A stretch of DNA of 64,000 bases from a virus (Duplodnaviria > Caudoviricetes). Under the pieces are notes generated by a model. That model worked only from the letters and a program-made list of their open reading frames with translations, had not been told where the DNA came from and made no database searches. The number at the start of each line of letters is the position of its first letter. Within the stretch, counting starts at the first letter, position 1. The stretch spans positions 13,749 to 77,748 of the IMG/VR virus record IMGVR_UViG_3300033979_000663; one strand, 5' to 3'. This document shows, piece by piece, positions 20,712 through 30,891 of this stretch. Position numbers and translations under genes: made by a program.

Positions 20712-20965
20712 TCGCTAAAGTACAAATAACTTTCGCTGCTTGCACTTTAGCGATCGCGCTTCAGGATAGGAGCGAGATTGAAAACTACTTATTGCTTCTA
20801 TCGTGCGATTTCCTCTCCTTTTACTTTCTGTAATATATTTGATCGCACCACTTCTTGACAAGTGGTTTTCATGCGAATGACGACATCGCAACTTTCTTGC
20901 AGCTATTACCCCAAATAACCCTTAGTCGTGATTAACCTCAATAGTTTCAATCTTAAATACGATCG

Positions 20966-21373
20966 CTAGATTAATTCTAATTCCACCGTTTCAATTTTAG
21001 ATGGGGATATTTCTACGAGTATCCCCATTATTTTATCTTTATTTCTCTTTTTTTTGACCTTCACAAAACGCCCACTACAGCCCGTCATATTGCTAGAAGA
21101 ATCGTTATCTAATACCTCGGCTTCAACCAAGGCATCTGCTACACTCCCAATTAAATTATCTGCATCACTACTAAAGAAATTAATGAATGTGCAGTTAATA
21201 GTAAATGGACTGGGAACTTTCTCTAGTTTTAATTTTTTGATATGAGCGATCGCTGCATCTTTCCATGCACCATATCTAGGACAAGTATGCCTAACAACAT
21301 GACCAGTTCTTCTATTGACGCTAATCCTTGGTCTACCTTTCCCTACTCCTCGACCTGGAATAAATATTTTCAT
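20966..21373 (-). CDS. rusA: RusA-family Holliday junction resolvase
   Basis: KGRPR...Y.AWK...DADNLIGSVADAL...LDND. Confidence 0.75.
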   Translation of the reverse strand: MKIFIPGRGVGKGRPRISVNRRTGHVVRHTCPRYGAWKDAAIAHIKKLKLEKVPSPFTINCTFINFFSSDADNLIGSVADALVEAEVLDNDSSSNMTGCSGRFVKVKKKRNKDKIMGILVEISPSKIETVELELI

Positions 21374-21960
21374 CTAAACCTCACCTGATTAACTTGTGTT
21401 TGTTGTTGAATTGTGGGCATTACTCCACCCATAAAAATAGCGATCGCTAATATTAATAATAACGGGTGTTGCTTGATTAAATTAAACCACCATTTCCAAT
21501 TATCTAATTGGGGAATTGCAGGCAATTTAAAATTAAATCCTGCAAACTTAACACTCACTTTAGAATTAGGCAACCATTCCTCAGAAGTATTGCAGAAAAT
21601 AACTGTTACTCTGGGGTCTTGTTGAATCATTGATGCAGTGGTTATGGCTGATTGTTGTTCACGGGCATCAGAGGTTAATAAACCCATGACAATTAATTTA
21701 CGGTTATTGTTTAATCCGTATAGATTTAATTGCCCAAACGCCTGATAGATGGTATTGCGGTCTAAATATTTCTTGACCTCGATAATTGAACCACCCATCC
21801 AATCAGAAACAATATCAGCCCGACCACCATTAACTTTGACTTCCATCTGTATCCGAAACCCGCGATCAGTTAACCTTTGGGCAATATAGTGTTGCAAGTC
21901 AACCTCTTTCCACTGGGGAGGAAACCCCGCAGATTCGCAGAATACAGATGGTGTAAGCAT
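21370..21960 (-). CDS. PD-(D/E)XK nuclease-like protein with C-terminal TM anchor
   Basis: EV.V.GGRADIV...IIEVKK...QAFGQL..Y; hydrophobic LLLILAIAIFMGGV tail. Confidence 0.65.
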   Translation of the reverse strand: MLTPSVFCESAGFPPQWKEVDLQHYIAQRLTDRGFRIQMEVKVNGGRADIVSDWMGGSIIEVKKYLDRNTIYQAFGQLNLYGLNNNRKLIVMGLLTSDAREQQSAITTASMIQQDPRVTVIFCNTSEEWLPNSKVSVKFAGFNFKLPAIPQLDNWKWWFNLIKQHPLLLILAIAIFMGGVMPTIQQQTQVNQVRFR

Positions 21961-22171
21961 TATTCCTCTAGCTCCTTTTCAATTACAAATCCGATACTTT
22001 TCTTAACCTTAGATAATTCCCGTTTACTGTCCGTTACGGGCATAGTTGCTAATACTTGATTAACCAGCATTTCAGCTTGGTTTAGTTGTTGAATTTGGAG
22101 AGGTGACAACATAATCAATTCCTTGGTAAGTGTATATTGCAGAGACTCTCCTCTCGTGTTCGACTCGAACA

Positions 22172-22390
22172 TCAATTATTTTCAGTAAAGTCAACCCATT
22201 GAATACCTGATAGCTTGCATACCAGTTTTTGACATAACTTGGTTAGCGTTTTAGCTTGCATGGGTTCATTGCCATGCTTTAGTTCATAGAAACCAAGTTC
22301 GTTTTGTGTGATTCTTGTTTTTTCTTTCATGAGCAAAGGCTTAAATATTTCATTTGCTCCAGTTAAGGTTACTGCTCTATTGCCAGTCAT
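22172..22390 (-). CDS. Hypothetical protein
   Basis: 72 aa with a GGGGG RBS-like sequence. Confidence 0.5.
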   Translation of the reverse strand: MTGNRAVTLTGANEIFKPLLMKEKTRITQNELGFYELKHGNEPMQAKTLTKLCQKLVCKLSGIQWVDFTENN

Positions 22391-22613
22391 ATTTCCCCCT
22401 GTTTGGTATTTTCAACTACTTGGTTTTTAGCAGATAATTGAGGACTGATGATAAAAGAACCTGCCATGAATCCAATTCCCAAGCACAGTAATACAAACGG
22501 AAATGCAACTTTTAAGGTTTTCATTGTTCTACTCCCAAGAATAATTAGCAACTTTTGAACAAACTACGGTGTTAATCGCAAAGGCGATCGCATCATTAAA
22601 GCGGTCAATCATT

Positions 22614-24191
22614 CTAAGCATTTGGTATCTCCGTAAATCTGTAAGCTTGAAAACGAGTATCGAGTATACCCGCTTGAATTATCCCGTCACCCCTGCCCTT
22701 GAGAGAAGCAGCTAAACCACTCCTTTCCCCAGGCATCAATACCATCCGACTACCCATAGGGTCACTCATTTTAAAAGCAATCCGACAGGGTAAATTATCT
22801 TTGAGGTCAGGTGGTAAGCCTTCTGGATCATTAGCTCCCCGCTTAGAACCACGCTGCAATCCGATGATTACGTGAATCTTTAACCCCCGACCCCTGCGGG
22901 TGACTTCACTTAGCATCGAATCATAGGGTTTTTTCCGTTCATCTAGAGGAACAGTCCCTTTGTACTCATCAATAATCAGAATCCAGGCTGGTTCAGCAGC
23001 TAATTCTGCTTTACTCAATCCATTGCGGCGATCGCACTCCTGGTAATACTCACCTACGAACTCAAAAGTTTTGCCCATATCGTTCATAGTGATGGACTCA
23101 AATCGTTCAGTAAAGTCTTCGTAGTCACTGACCTTACCGCCGCAAATATCAACCCTCGCACCTTGCATTAACAAAGCATAAGCCGCACCCCGCAGGAAAT
23201 TAGACTTACCGCTACCAGTCGTACCAGCAACCAGCAATTGGGGAGTATCTTCATAACCCAAATCAATAATTATCTCCCCATCCAGGCTTTGTCCAACGAC
23301 AATTAATCTTTCACCCTGCTTCCATGCCCGTTGGGGGAAGTCAAAGAATTGCCTTTCGCTATCAGGTACAGGTACTTCAACTGCAATCTGTTCCGCACCA
23401 TATATGTACATGGGTAAAGGCTCTTTGTCCCCAAACCCTAATGCCAGTTTGGTAGCATTCCTCCATTTAGGAAGTAAGGCAAAGTCTTGGGTGGATAGGG
23501 AATAGATTAACCTTCTGTAGTTAGGCGCTTTATCCTCTCTAATCAGCTTGGTGGTTATTTTGTTAACAGATGCAGCAGTTTCAATTTGTTTGGTACTAAA
23601 ACTAACCGCAATAGTAGCCATTTCCGGTATCTGAGGAACATCAATAGCTTGACTAACTGGGGTTACTTGCTGTGTAACCTGCACCTGTTGAGCTTGTGCT
23701 TGGGCAACATTAACTTGAGCCTGTAGCCTGAATTGCTCTAACTGCATTTTTGCTTCACTAACAGCCAGCATTGCATCCCCAATACTTGACCCATTCTGTA
23801 GCATACCCAATGCCATACCCTGAACAGGCGATTGGCTGTTATTGAATAATTCGGCTATAGGTGCGATCGCCTCCAAGCGACGAATTTCGTTATCCAGGTT
23901 AATGTCATCTTGTTCTCGCTGGTTGCGGGTTCTTACCTTTTGCTCTAAGTATTCCAACTCGGTTTCTACTTGGGTGTCCCTGAGAGCATTGAGGGTATCT
24001 TCCTCTCTCTCAATATCGCCATACTCTTTCTCTAGTTTCCTGGCGGTAAAAGAAGAACTAGCTAAGAGTGCGATCGCTATTCCATTGGCAGGGATAAAAG
24101 TAATATGTTTCCTTGGGACGGCAACCACTAAGGCGATCGCAACTATTAAATTTCCCCCAATCGTTAACCACCGAAGTAACATTTTGCCCAC
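22614..24191 (-). CDS. FtsK/SpoIIIE-family DNA translocase with N-terminal TM helices
   Basis: IAVEVP..R; PQLLVAGTTGSGKS (Walker A); LIIDEY (Walker B); RGRGLKIHVIIGLQR; NLPCRIAFK; SLKGRGDG. Confidence 0.9.
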   Translation of the reverse strand: MGKMLLRWLTIGGNLIVAIALVVAVPRKHITFIPANGIAIALLASSSFTARKLEKEYGDIEREEDTLNALRDTQVETELEYLEQKVRTRNQREQDDINLDNEIRRLEAIAPIAELFNNSQSPVQGMALGMLQNGSSIGDAMLAVSEAKMQLEQFRLQAQVNVAQAQAQQVQVTQQVTPVSQAIDVPQIPEMATIAVSFSTKQIETAASVNKITTKLIREDKAPNYRRLIYSLSTQDFALLPKWRNATKLALGFGDKEPLPMYIYGAEQIAVEVPVPDSERQFFDFPQRAWKQGERLIVVGQSLDGEIIIDLGYEDTPQLLVAGTTGSGKSNFLRGAAYALLMQGARVDICGGKVSDYEDFTERFESITMNDMGKTFEFVGEYYQECDRRNGLSKAELAAEPAWILIIDEYKGTVPLDERKKPYDSMLSEVTRRGRGLKIHVIIGLQRGSKRGANDPEGLPPDLKDNLPCRIAFKMSDPMGSRMVLMPGERSGLAASLKGRGDGIIQAGILDTRFQAYRFTEIPNA

Positions 24192-24391
24192 CCCAATACT
24201 AAACCAACTGAAACTACTTGAAAATGTAGACCATCTTTATTCCCTAGACTGGTAGCGTACAAGTAAGTTATGCCAGCAATTGTTAGGGTTATTGGAGTTC
24301 CCCAATTACCAAAAGAGGATACTACTTGTGCGATCGCTACAGCTACCAAGAAGGAACAGACCCAAACAACCAACTGGCAAAACTTAGTCAT
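24164..24391 (-). CDS. Small membrane protein
   Basis: Three hydrophobic segments in 75 aa. Confidence 0.55.
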   Translation of the reverse strand: MTKFCQLVVWVCSFLVAVAIAQVVSSFGNWGTPITLTIAGITYLYATSLGNKDGLHFQVVSVGLVLGWAKCYFGG

Positions 24392-24394
24392 TTC

Positions 24395-25084
24395 CTATGC
24401 CCTTTTCATAATTGCTACTGGTTGACCTTCTAATCTGGCTGCTCGATAGGATTTGAATTTCTCCCTGATGCCAGTGATTTGCTCCTGGTATGGTGTAACT
24501 TCCTTCTCCTTGACTTCCTGGCTGTTGAGAAGTTCTAATTTCTTGGCACGTCCTTCCGTGTACTGATTTGCTATCTTGAGTAGTGACAGCTTTAAATCTT
24601 CTTGTTGGTTCTGTGTGGTGGCACGACTAGCACCAATTACCTTTCGATACCCTGATTCATCAGCACCTAAATTTTTGGATAACTCAGCTTCTAGTTTGGC
24701 TTGTTCGAGTCGAAGTTCGGAAACCTTTTCAGCTACAGTCTGTTGAGATTCGAGAACCTTTTTCCGTGCATTGAGGGTACGTTCAACCAGGGCTTTGTTC
24801 TCATCCCAATTCTCGGCTTGGATTTCGGCTGACTTGGCCACATCTGCCGCAATAGTCAAATCTTCCTCAGTTAAGTCACCGTAGACATTAATCTTAAATG
24901 GAAGTAAATCGGCGGTCGCTTGGATGTTTGCCCAGATACCAGAATCAAGTCCGAAGTGTCCATCATTAGGTATCCAAGCCGCACCAATGGGTGAGTTTAA
25001 GTCCGATAAGTCCAACCCACTATTTGATGGGGGTGGCGTTGATGGTGATGATGGCTGTGTCTTGGTTTGTTGCTTGGGCATCAT
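24395..25084 (-). CDS. Coiled-coil protein
   Basis: AAGGAG RBS; heptad-rich. Confidence 0.65.
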   Translation of the reverse strand: MMPKQQTKTQPSSPSTPPPSNSGLDLSDLNSPIGAAWIPNDGHFGLDSGIWANIQATADLLPFKINVYGDLTEEDLTIAADVAKSAEIQAENWDENKALVERTLNARKKVLESQQTVAEKVSELRLEQAKLEAELSKNLGADESGYRKVIGASRATTQNQQEDLKLSLLKIANQYTEGRAKKLELLNSQEVKEKEVTPYQEQITGIREKFKSYRAARLEGQPVAIMKRA

Positions 25085-25616
25085 TGATTCTCCTTGCCTC
25101 TGGTACTACTTGCTGGACTGTTCGTGTAACTGGGGGTATGACAACATCGGGCTTGAACTCTTTAATAACCAACTTCTTATTTGTGTTGAATAACACTGAA
25201 GTACATTCAAAGTATTCAAACACTGGAGAATCAAACTCTTTAAAGTTGCCCCCTAATTTAAACTCAAGTCCACAATGCTCATCCCCTGGTTTAGCTAATG
25301 CGGTGAAGTTAATTCTGAGTTCAAGATTTAACTCAGGGATTGAATAACCTTGTGGAGTTGCCTTCACTAATGCACTACCTCTGTCTCTGTCAATCTGGCA
25401 ACCATAAGTAAGAGCGATCGCTGACTTCTTAAAATGCTCTTGCCAATACTTGATTTCTGTTGCTTCAGCGAAGTTAATTGGTTCTGTAGGGATAACCCCC
25501 GATTGGAATACGAAAGCGAAAACACCGATTGGTTCATAGTGGATTATCCCTATCCCACATTGTTTTTGATAATTCCATAACTTCCTATGAAATTGGGCTA
25601 CCTTTGTCTGCATCAA
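25020..25616 (-). CDS. Hypothetical protein
   Basis: Overlapping gene in the minus-strand operon. Confidence 0.55.
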   Translation of the reverse strand: MMQTKVAQFHRKLWNYQKQCGIGIIHYEPIGVFAFVFQSGVIPTEPINFAEATEIKYWQEHFKKSAIALTYGCQIDRDRGSALVKATPQGYSIPELNLELRINFTALAKPGDEHCGLEFKLGGNFKEFDSPVFEYFECTSVLFNTNKKLVIKEFKPDVVIPPVTRTVQQVVPEARRINDAQATNQDTAIITINATPIK

Positions 25617-26076
25617 ATACCTTCTTTAGTCGTTTTATGATAAACAATGCGATCGATTGTCCTAGCAAGGAAACTGCATGATTGTGTTCTGCCTTCACTT
25701 TGTAAGCTGCTAATTGAGTCGAAGTTGGAATAATTGACCCATATTTCTCTAGGTTCTCAATTGCTTGGGTCAAGCTGGTAACGTCTTGAGCCTTATCCAA
25801 ATCAGGTGCAGCTACTTGAGCCAACTTGTTCGTCACATCTTGCATAGTCCCGGCTTGCTGTTGAACTTGCTCAATTTGCGATCGCATCAACTCAATCATT
25901 TGATAGTGCTGTTGATTTATCCCTTCTTGGAAACCAGAGAGAGATTGTTGTAACTCCCCCCTGATTTCCTTGCTCACAGCATGAACCAATAATTGAAACT
26001 CTTGATTCTGCTGCATAGCATCCAAGTAGGCATCAACTTCCTGATCTAGGTTTTGGGGTAGCCTTGAGTTGTCCAT
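25585..26076 (-). CDS. Coiled-coil protein
   Basis: Gln-rich, operonic. Confidence 0.6.
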   Translation of the reverse strand: MDNSRLPQNLDQEVDAYLDAMQQNQEFQLLVHAVSKEIRGELQQSLSGFQEGINQQHYQMIELMRSQIEQVQQQAGTMQDVTNKLAQVAAPDLDKAQDVTSLTQAIENLEKYGSIIPTSTQLAAYKVKAEHNHAVSLLGQSIALFIIKRLKKVFDADKGSPIS

Positions 26077-26620
26077 TTACTGTCTCCCATGTAATCGTAA
26101 ACCCTACGCCGTTGGCGAATCTCTCGACTGATTGCTTGAAGTTGACTTCACCTTGAGGTGTCCCGTCCAACTTTCTCTCATTGATCTTGATGATTCGAGG
26201 GAGTTGGTTATCAGCAAAGTTCTGTTGCATTTTGGCGATCGCTGGAGCAACTATATTTTCTCTGTGTTCTTTCCGAGCTTCCTGAACACCTTTCTCCCTA
26301 GCGAAATCCAAGGCAGCTAATCTTTCCAATTCAAATAATTTGGCGTTATTAACTTCGGTATCAATAAGGTAAAGCAATTCCTCTTGGTGCTTGAGGTACT
26401 GCTCTAATGCAGCAGCGACATAATCAGGGTCGAATGTGGTATTGAGTTCTGCAAGTGCGATCGCTTGTGCTTCCAGAGCTTGAGGTTTGGATTGCGTTAT
26501 GCCTTGAGTTGGTGCATGGACAATACCTGTATCTTCCCTGCGAGCAAATACATTTTCTTCCTGTTGAATTTCTGTGATTTCTTCAGATGGCTTAACTGTT
26601 AATGCGGCGTTACGAGGCAT
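26033..26620 (-). CDS. Hypothetical coiled-coil protein
   Basis: AGGAG RBS, operonic. Confidence 0.6.
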   Translation of the reverse strand: MPRNAALTVKPSEEITEIQQEENVFARREDTGIVHAPTQGITQSKPQALEAQAIALAELNTTFDPDYVAAALEQYLKHQEELLYLIDTEVNNAKLFELERLAALDFAREKGVQEARKEHRENIVAPAIAKMQQNFADNQLPRIIKINERKLDGTPQGEVNFKQSVERFANGVGFTITWETVNGQLKATPKPRSGS

Positions 26621-27425
26621 ACTTGTTTCTCCTTCTCATTGCTATTTGTTTCCACTTCTGTAACTCATGGGGTGAGTAGTGATCCGACAAACTAAACTTC
26701 CCTTCCCACCACTCATAAAGCGATCGCTGACTAACTTTGAGATTGTAAGCAGCTAAATAGTTGATTATTTCTCTGCCTTTACAACCTTTCATTTCCCACT
26801 CATGAATCTTACCGGAACTAACATAAGATTCAATCGTTTGTGTTGGTTGAATGTTCTGCTCCATCATGAATCGGAGTCTAGCTATTGATGGGAATTGAAC
26901 ATTTACATTATTCAATCTCCACCCAGCCATGTAAACCAACATCCAACCTTTTTCTTCTTCAACCTCTCTGGCATTAAGAGGTATCTTGATATGTTGCTTC
27001 CATTGTGACCATGACTCCCTTGATAATGTCCAACCCAGTATTTCATCTACCTTGAGTTTTACTTTTCTGAGTTTGACAATTTTGATTTCTGGTTCAGTCT
27101 TTGGTTTAGGTCTGGGATTAGCAATAAACGAATCATAAGCCTCTTCAAACTTATGTTTATTAGCATTCCAGTAACTCCTCACATTTTTATAAGTGAGGTT
27201 GGTTAGCCCATTCCTGTACATCCAGGCAATACACATTAGCATTTGAGTTTGTTCGTCTGTGTATTTGCGATCGCTGTACTTCTTTCCTTGTGGGTGAAAC
27301 GAACCAGCTAACTTTTCCCAAGTGTGCCAAGTTATCGGACTAATAACCTGGCCTCTGATTTTTTCGCAAATAGGATGAAGATTCCTGAATAGTGCCAGTT
27401 CCTCCTCTAGAATCTTTTGCTTCAT
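26610..27425 (-). CDS. Protein with three repeated HTH-like (MerR/excisionase-like) units
   Basis: ISPITWHTWEK / LSRESWSQWKQ / VSQRSLYEWWE repeats, each followed by Y.....L-type segments. Confidence 0.45.
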   Translation of the reverse strand: MKQKILEEELALFRNLHPICEKIRGQVISPITWHTWEKLAGSFHPQGKKYSDRKYTDEQTQMLMCIAWMYRNGLTNLTYKNVRSYWNANKHKFEEAYDSFIANPRPKPKTEPEIKIVKLRKVKLKVDEILGWTLSRESWSQWKQHIKIPLNAREVEEEKGWMLVYMAGWRLNNVNVQFPSIARLRFMMEQNIQPTQTIESYVSSGKIHEWEMKGCKGREIINYLAAYNLKVSQRSLYEWWEGKFSLSDHYSPHELQKWKQIAMRRRNKYAS

Positions 27426-27591
27426 TATTTCTTGCTCCTGAAACTATTAAATAGCAACTGGTAATTGATATTGAAATGGCCATGCAAGCCAGAAAGAAAG
27501 TCATCAATCCATTATCGGAATAGCATTCTTTCTTAACCCATTCCTCCCGTCCATCATCATGAATAATGTGTTTGTCTTCTCGTTGGTACAT
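27340..27591 (-). CDS. Small membrane protein
   Basis: GGAGGAGG RBS before MYQRED; one TM helix. Confidence 0.5.
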   Translation of the reverse strand: MYQREDKHIIHDDGREEWVKKECYSDNGLMTFFLACMAISISITSCYLIVSGARNNEAKDSRGGTGTIQESSSYLRKNQRPGY

Positions 27592-28058
27592 ACCTCCTCC
27601 CCAGAGTATAAAAACCTTTTTCCTTTTAATTGCTACCGATTTATTGACAACTGGCTTACGCCTTAGAAAAGCCCTTAGTTCAAGGATTTCAGGATTGGGT
27701 GCTGCTGTTGACAGTCTTGATATCCTCTCTCCGATTGGCTTTGAGCCATACTTAGTTATCATTGGGTTTACGCTCTATGGATTATTCTTTGATTTTTGCT
27801 TGACTAATGACCCGTTTTCTGTTTTTAGAATGAATTATGTCAAATTTAACAGGATTACACGCTTCACTCATCAAGCAAGAATAATCAATTGTAGTTTCTC
27901 GAAAACTCTGTTTTGCAAGGAACGCTTGTCATTTGGTTTTCAAGGTACGGAGTCTCTATGTATCTTTTATCTGGTCTGGTCGTACCGGATTACAAAGATT
28001 GATCCAAGGATGACCGCTATAAAAACGATAATTAAAATCGTTTGAAGGTCTAGATTTA

Positions 28059-28586
28059 TCATCTTCCTGGACCTCTATCGTTAGATACTGAGAGTGAATC
28101 TCTACTTGCGGAGGCAAAGATATTTGCACAACCCATGCAAATCTCAAAACCGAGAACAAATACTGCTGCTAATATTTTGGCAATCATAAGGTTGGGGTTT
28201 CCAAGTTGTTTTAGGTTGATGTCGTAGTCAAGATAGAACACATAAGCTGCTACTAAAAAGAAGAACGCAATTCCAATAAATGAAAACAGTCCGTTGATTT
28301 GTTTAACTGTTTTATCTTGGTGATTTAGCAACGCTTTGGGTTTATCAAGAACTTCTAGTAATACCCTTGGGTTGAATAAAACAGTTAGGGTTGCAGCTTC
28401 TATTCCTATTACTAAACATATTGATGCTGCTGTGCCAACTGAGCGTTGATAGATATTGGCTCTACCCATTAAATCCCAAAAGAAGGGACACAGTGTTACA
28501 CCATTACAAGCAAGAAATACCCATCCTGCTTTAGTCATCCAATCAGCCAACGTACCATCAGCTTCGCTCGTTCTGTTAAAAATCAT
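28059..28586 (-). CDS. Four-TM membrane protein
   Basis: Four hydrophobic segments. Confidence 0.65.
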   Translation of the reverse strand: MIFNRTSEADGTLADWMTKAGWVFLACNGVTLCPFFWDLMGRANIYQRSVGTAASICLVIGIEAATLTVLFNPRVLLEVLDKPKALLNHQDKTVKQINGLFSFIGIAFFFLVAAYVFYLDYDINLKQLGNPNLMIAKILAAVFVLGFEICMGCANIFASASRDSLSVSNDRGPGR

Positions 28587-28866
28587 GAGCTACCTTCTCC
28601 CTGCGTTTACTCATTGATTGGTTTATATCAATCCCCCATTCACTTAACTCTTGATTTATTTCTTCTGGAGTCTTGAGAAGAAAATCTTCTCGCTTACCTT
28701 TCCGGTTGTTGACTCCTAAAAACAACTTCATTTCTAATAGCCTTCGGGCTTGATAGAGTGTGAACTCAGTTGTTTCAAAACCCAATAATCTTGAGTAATT
28801 AAACATTGTGGTTCGTTCCACATCTAACAACACCCTGCACTGTTTCCCCGAAATCGTTCCCTCCAT
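28576..28866 (-). CDS. MerR/excisionase-like HTH protein
   Basis: LLDVERTTMFNYSRLLG...FTLYQARRLLEM. Confidence 0.5.
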   Translation of the reverse strand: MEGTISGKQCRVLLDVERTTMFNYSRLLGFETTEFTLYQARRLLEMKLFLGVNNRKGKREDFLLKTPEEINQELSEWGIDINQSMSKRREKVAHDF

Positions 28867-28937
28867 GTTTTTTGCTGTTCACGTCTTGAACACTTTTATA
28901 TTAACTGCGCTATTTGTTGTAAATCAATAGGACTAAT

Positions 28938-28970
28938 TGGATTGAATCCAGATTATTTGGATTCAATCCA
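28938..28970. promoter_or_regulatory. Tandem palindromic operators TGGATT(G/C)AATCCA
   Basis: Copies at 28938-28950 and 28958-28970, upstream of the FtsK operon. Confidence 0.65.
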
Positions 28971-29058
28971 AGCGATGCAATAAAACCATAAAAAAACCAT
29001 GTCCTAATCGAACATGGCAAGAAAAAAGAATTTTTAAAATTTCAAATAAAGGTTTTAG

Positions 29059-29313
29059 TTATTTATAACCCAGGACGTGTGGCTGGATTTCTTTAAACAC
29101 GCGATCGCAGTATGACTTGTCACTCTCAAGTCGTTCTTTGATGTCAGCCGCTTGTCGCATAGTTTGAGATGTAACCGTGCGACCGGAACACCATTGATTG
29201 ATAGTGTCTAATTTTACTCCCATTAATGCCGCAAATGTCTTTCTGCTAATATTGCGGTATTCATCTATTAGCTCTCGTGGGTGAAGCATGGGTGCTGTGT
29301 ATGCCATAATCAA
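29059..29313 (-). CDS. XRE/Cro-like HTH regulator
   Basis: ISRKTFAALMGVKLDTINQWCSG. Confidence 0.8.
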   Translation of the reverse strand: MIMAYTAPMLHPRELIDEYRNISRKTFAALMGVKLDTINQWCSGRTVTSQTMRQAADIKERLESDKSYCDRVFKEIQPHVLGYK

Positions 29314-29486
29314 GTTGCCTCCGGTAAGTTCTCTTTACTGGTTGGTAGCCCTGACTCATGACTTTTGATCCAGCATGATTCAGGGCTTATTGTTTGGATG
29401 ATATCATAACTTAACTAATAGCGGTAGTATTAGCTGTGATTTTAGTTGTACTATTAGTAGGATAACTGTCAACCGGAACAAGAAAC

Positions 29487-29882
29487 ATGGTATCCAGAAA
29501 GAAACCCCAAACCCCAGAGGAATTACAAGCTGATATAGAAACCCACCCAGAAAGAGGGATGTTGAGACGGGAAGATGGGGATTTAGCGGAAGTCGTTAGG
29601 TTCGATACAGTTGACCTGAATGGAAGTATCCCTAAAGAGATGTATCGGGTTCTCTTGGAAATATGGGGAGCAAAGGGTATGACTAAGGCTGATGGGTTAA
29701 GAGACATGGCCAGTCAATATGTTACCCATCAAGGTAATTTGCAATTGGTGGAGCGATCGCAACAACAAAAATCTGAATTGTATGGCGTGACCAAAGCAGA
29801 AGTCCGCAGTAAAGTATTTGGTGCGTACAAAAGGAGAAGCAGAGAATTTAAAGCAAGGTATCAACCAGGGGCAGAAAAGTGA
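29487..29882 (+). CDS. Hypothetical regulator (RHH-like), divergent from the XRE gene
   Basis: VDLNGSIPKEMYRVL...GMTKADGLRDMASQY. Confidence 0.5.
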   Translation: MVSRKKPQTPEELQADIETHPERGMLRREDGDLAEVVRFDTVDLNGSIPKEMYRVLLEIWGAKGMTKADGLRDMASQYVTHQGNLQLVERSQQQKSELYGVTKAEVRSKVFGAYKRRSREFKARYQPGAEK

Positions 29883-29932
29883 TAGGATAGGGTGATAGCA
29901 TTAGCAAAATCCATTGCTTTGCTCCTTGGTTT

Positions 29933-29988
29933 ATACTGGTAGTAGAAAAGCCGATGTGGTAATTTCGGTCTACTACCAGTATTTTTTT
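29933..29988 (+). terminator. Intrinsic terminator
   Basis: ATACTGGTAGTAGA...TCTACTACCAGTAT followed by a T run. Confidence 0.6.
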
Positions 29989-30081
29989 GCGATAATAGAG
30001 CAAAACGGCTTAAAACTATGCTTAAATATCTGCCAGCCTTAATTGTTCTATTAGGATTACATGAGGTTTTTATATAAATAC

Positions 30082-30708
30082 ATGGGTGGTAAGTTCATTG
30101 TCTTTGAAGGGGTAGAAGGTTGTGGTAAAACTACTCAGATACAACTGTGTTCTCAGTGGCTAGAAAGTTTAAATATCTCCGTACTGCTGACTCGTGAACC
30201 TGGAGGAACAGAGTTAGGAAAGCATTTGCGGGGATTATTATTGGAAAATTCCCCCAACAAACCCGTAGGGGAAGTCACGGAACTATTATTATACGCGGCG
30301 GATAGAGCGCAACATATTGAGGAGGAATTAAAACCGAATTTAGCCACAGGGAAATTTATTCTGTGCGATCGCTATACTGACTCTACCATCGCCTATCAAG
30401 GTTATGGTAGGGGTTTAAGTATGAGTTTAATCAATCAACTTAATCAGATTGCTACAGGTGGTTTAACTATTGATTTAACGATTTGGTTAGATGTAGATGT
30501 GGAAATAGGACTATTTCGCAAACGTGGACAAGCTAAACTAGACAGAATTGAACAGGAAACAATTGCTTTTCATCGGCGCGTACAACAGGGATATACAGAA
30601 TTAGCTATATCTGATCCATCCCGGATTGTGCGGGTAGATGGTAATAATAGTCAAGATGTTGTTCAAAAAACTATACAGGAAATTTTCAATGAACGGTTGT
30701 TTTCATAA
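30082..30708 (+). CDS. tmk: Thymidylate (dTMP) kinase
   Basis: FIVFEGVEGCGKTTQ, TREPGGT, ELLLYAADRAQH, CDRYTDST.AYQGYGRG, DRIE. Confidence 0.95.
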   Translation: MGGKFIVFEGVEGCGKTTQIQLCSQWLESLNISVLLTREPGGTELGKHLRGLLLENSPNKPVGEVTELLLYAADRAQHIEEELKPNLATGKFILCDRYTDSTIAYQGYGRGLSMSLINQLNQIATGGLTIDLTIWLDVDVEIGLFRKRGQAKLDRIEQETIAFHRRVQQGYTELAISDPSRIVRVDGNNSQDVVQKTIQEIFNERLFS

Positions 30709-30771
30709 TTTATTGTTAACGGGTAATTGGTGGTAAATAAAATATCTGTTTTTATCCTGTTAATCCTTTAA

Positions 30772-30836
30772 ACCTGGTTGAGCAAGTTTCGACTATGAAT
30801 GTAGAATCCCCGCGTCTTTAGACCGGGGAGTGTCAA
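30772..30836 (+). mobile_element. IS200/IS605-family (tnpB) right-end remnant
   Basis: AGAATCCCCGCGTCTTTAGACCGGGGAGTGTCAA: subterminal hairpin ending in TCAA; no tnpA or tnpB ORF. Confidence 0.7.
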
Positions 30837-30891
30837 GAAATCTGGAAAGCTGCTTGTATCAGGGAAAAATAAGTAAAATACTTAGACCGAC

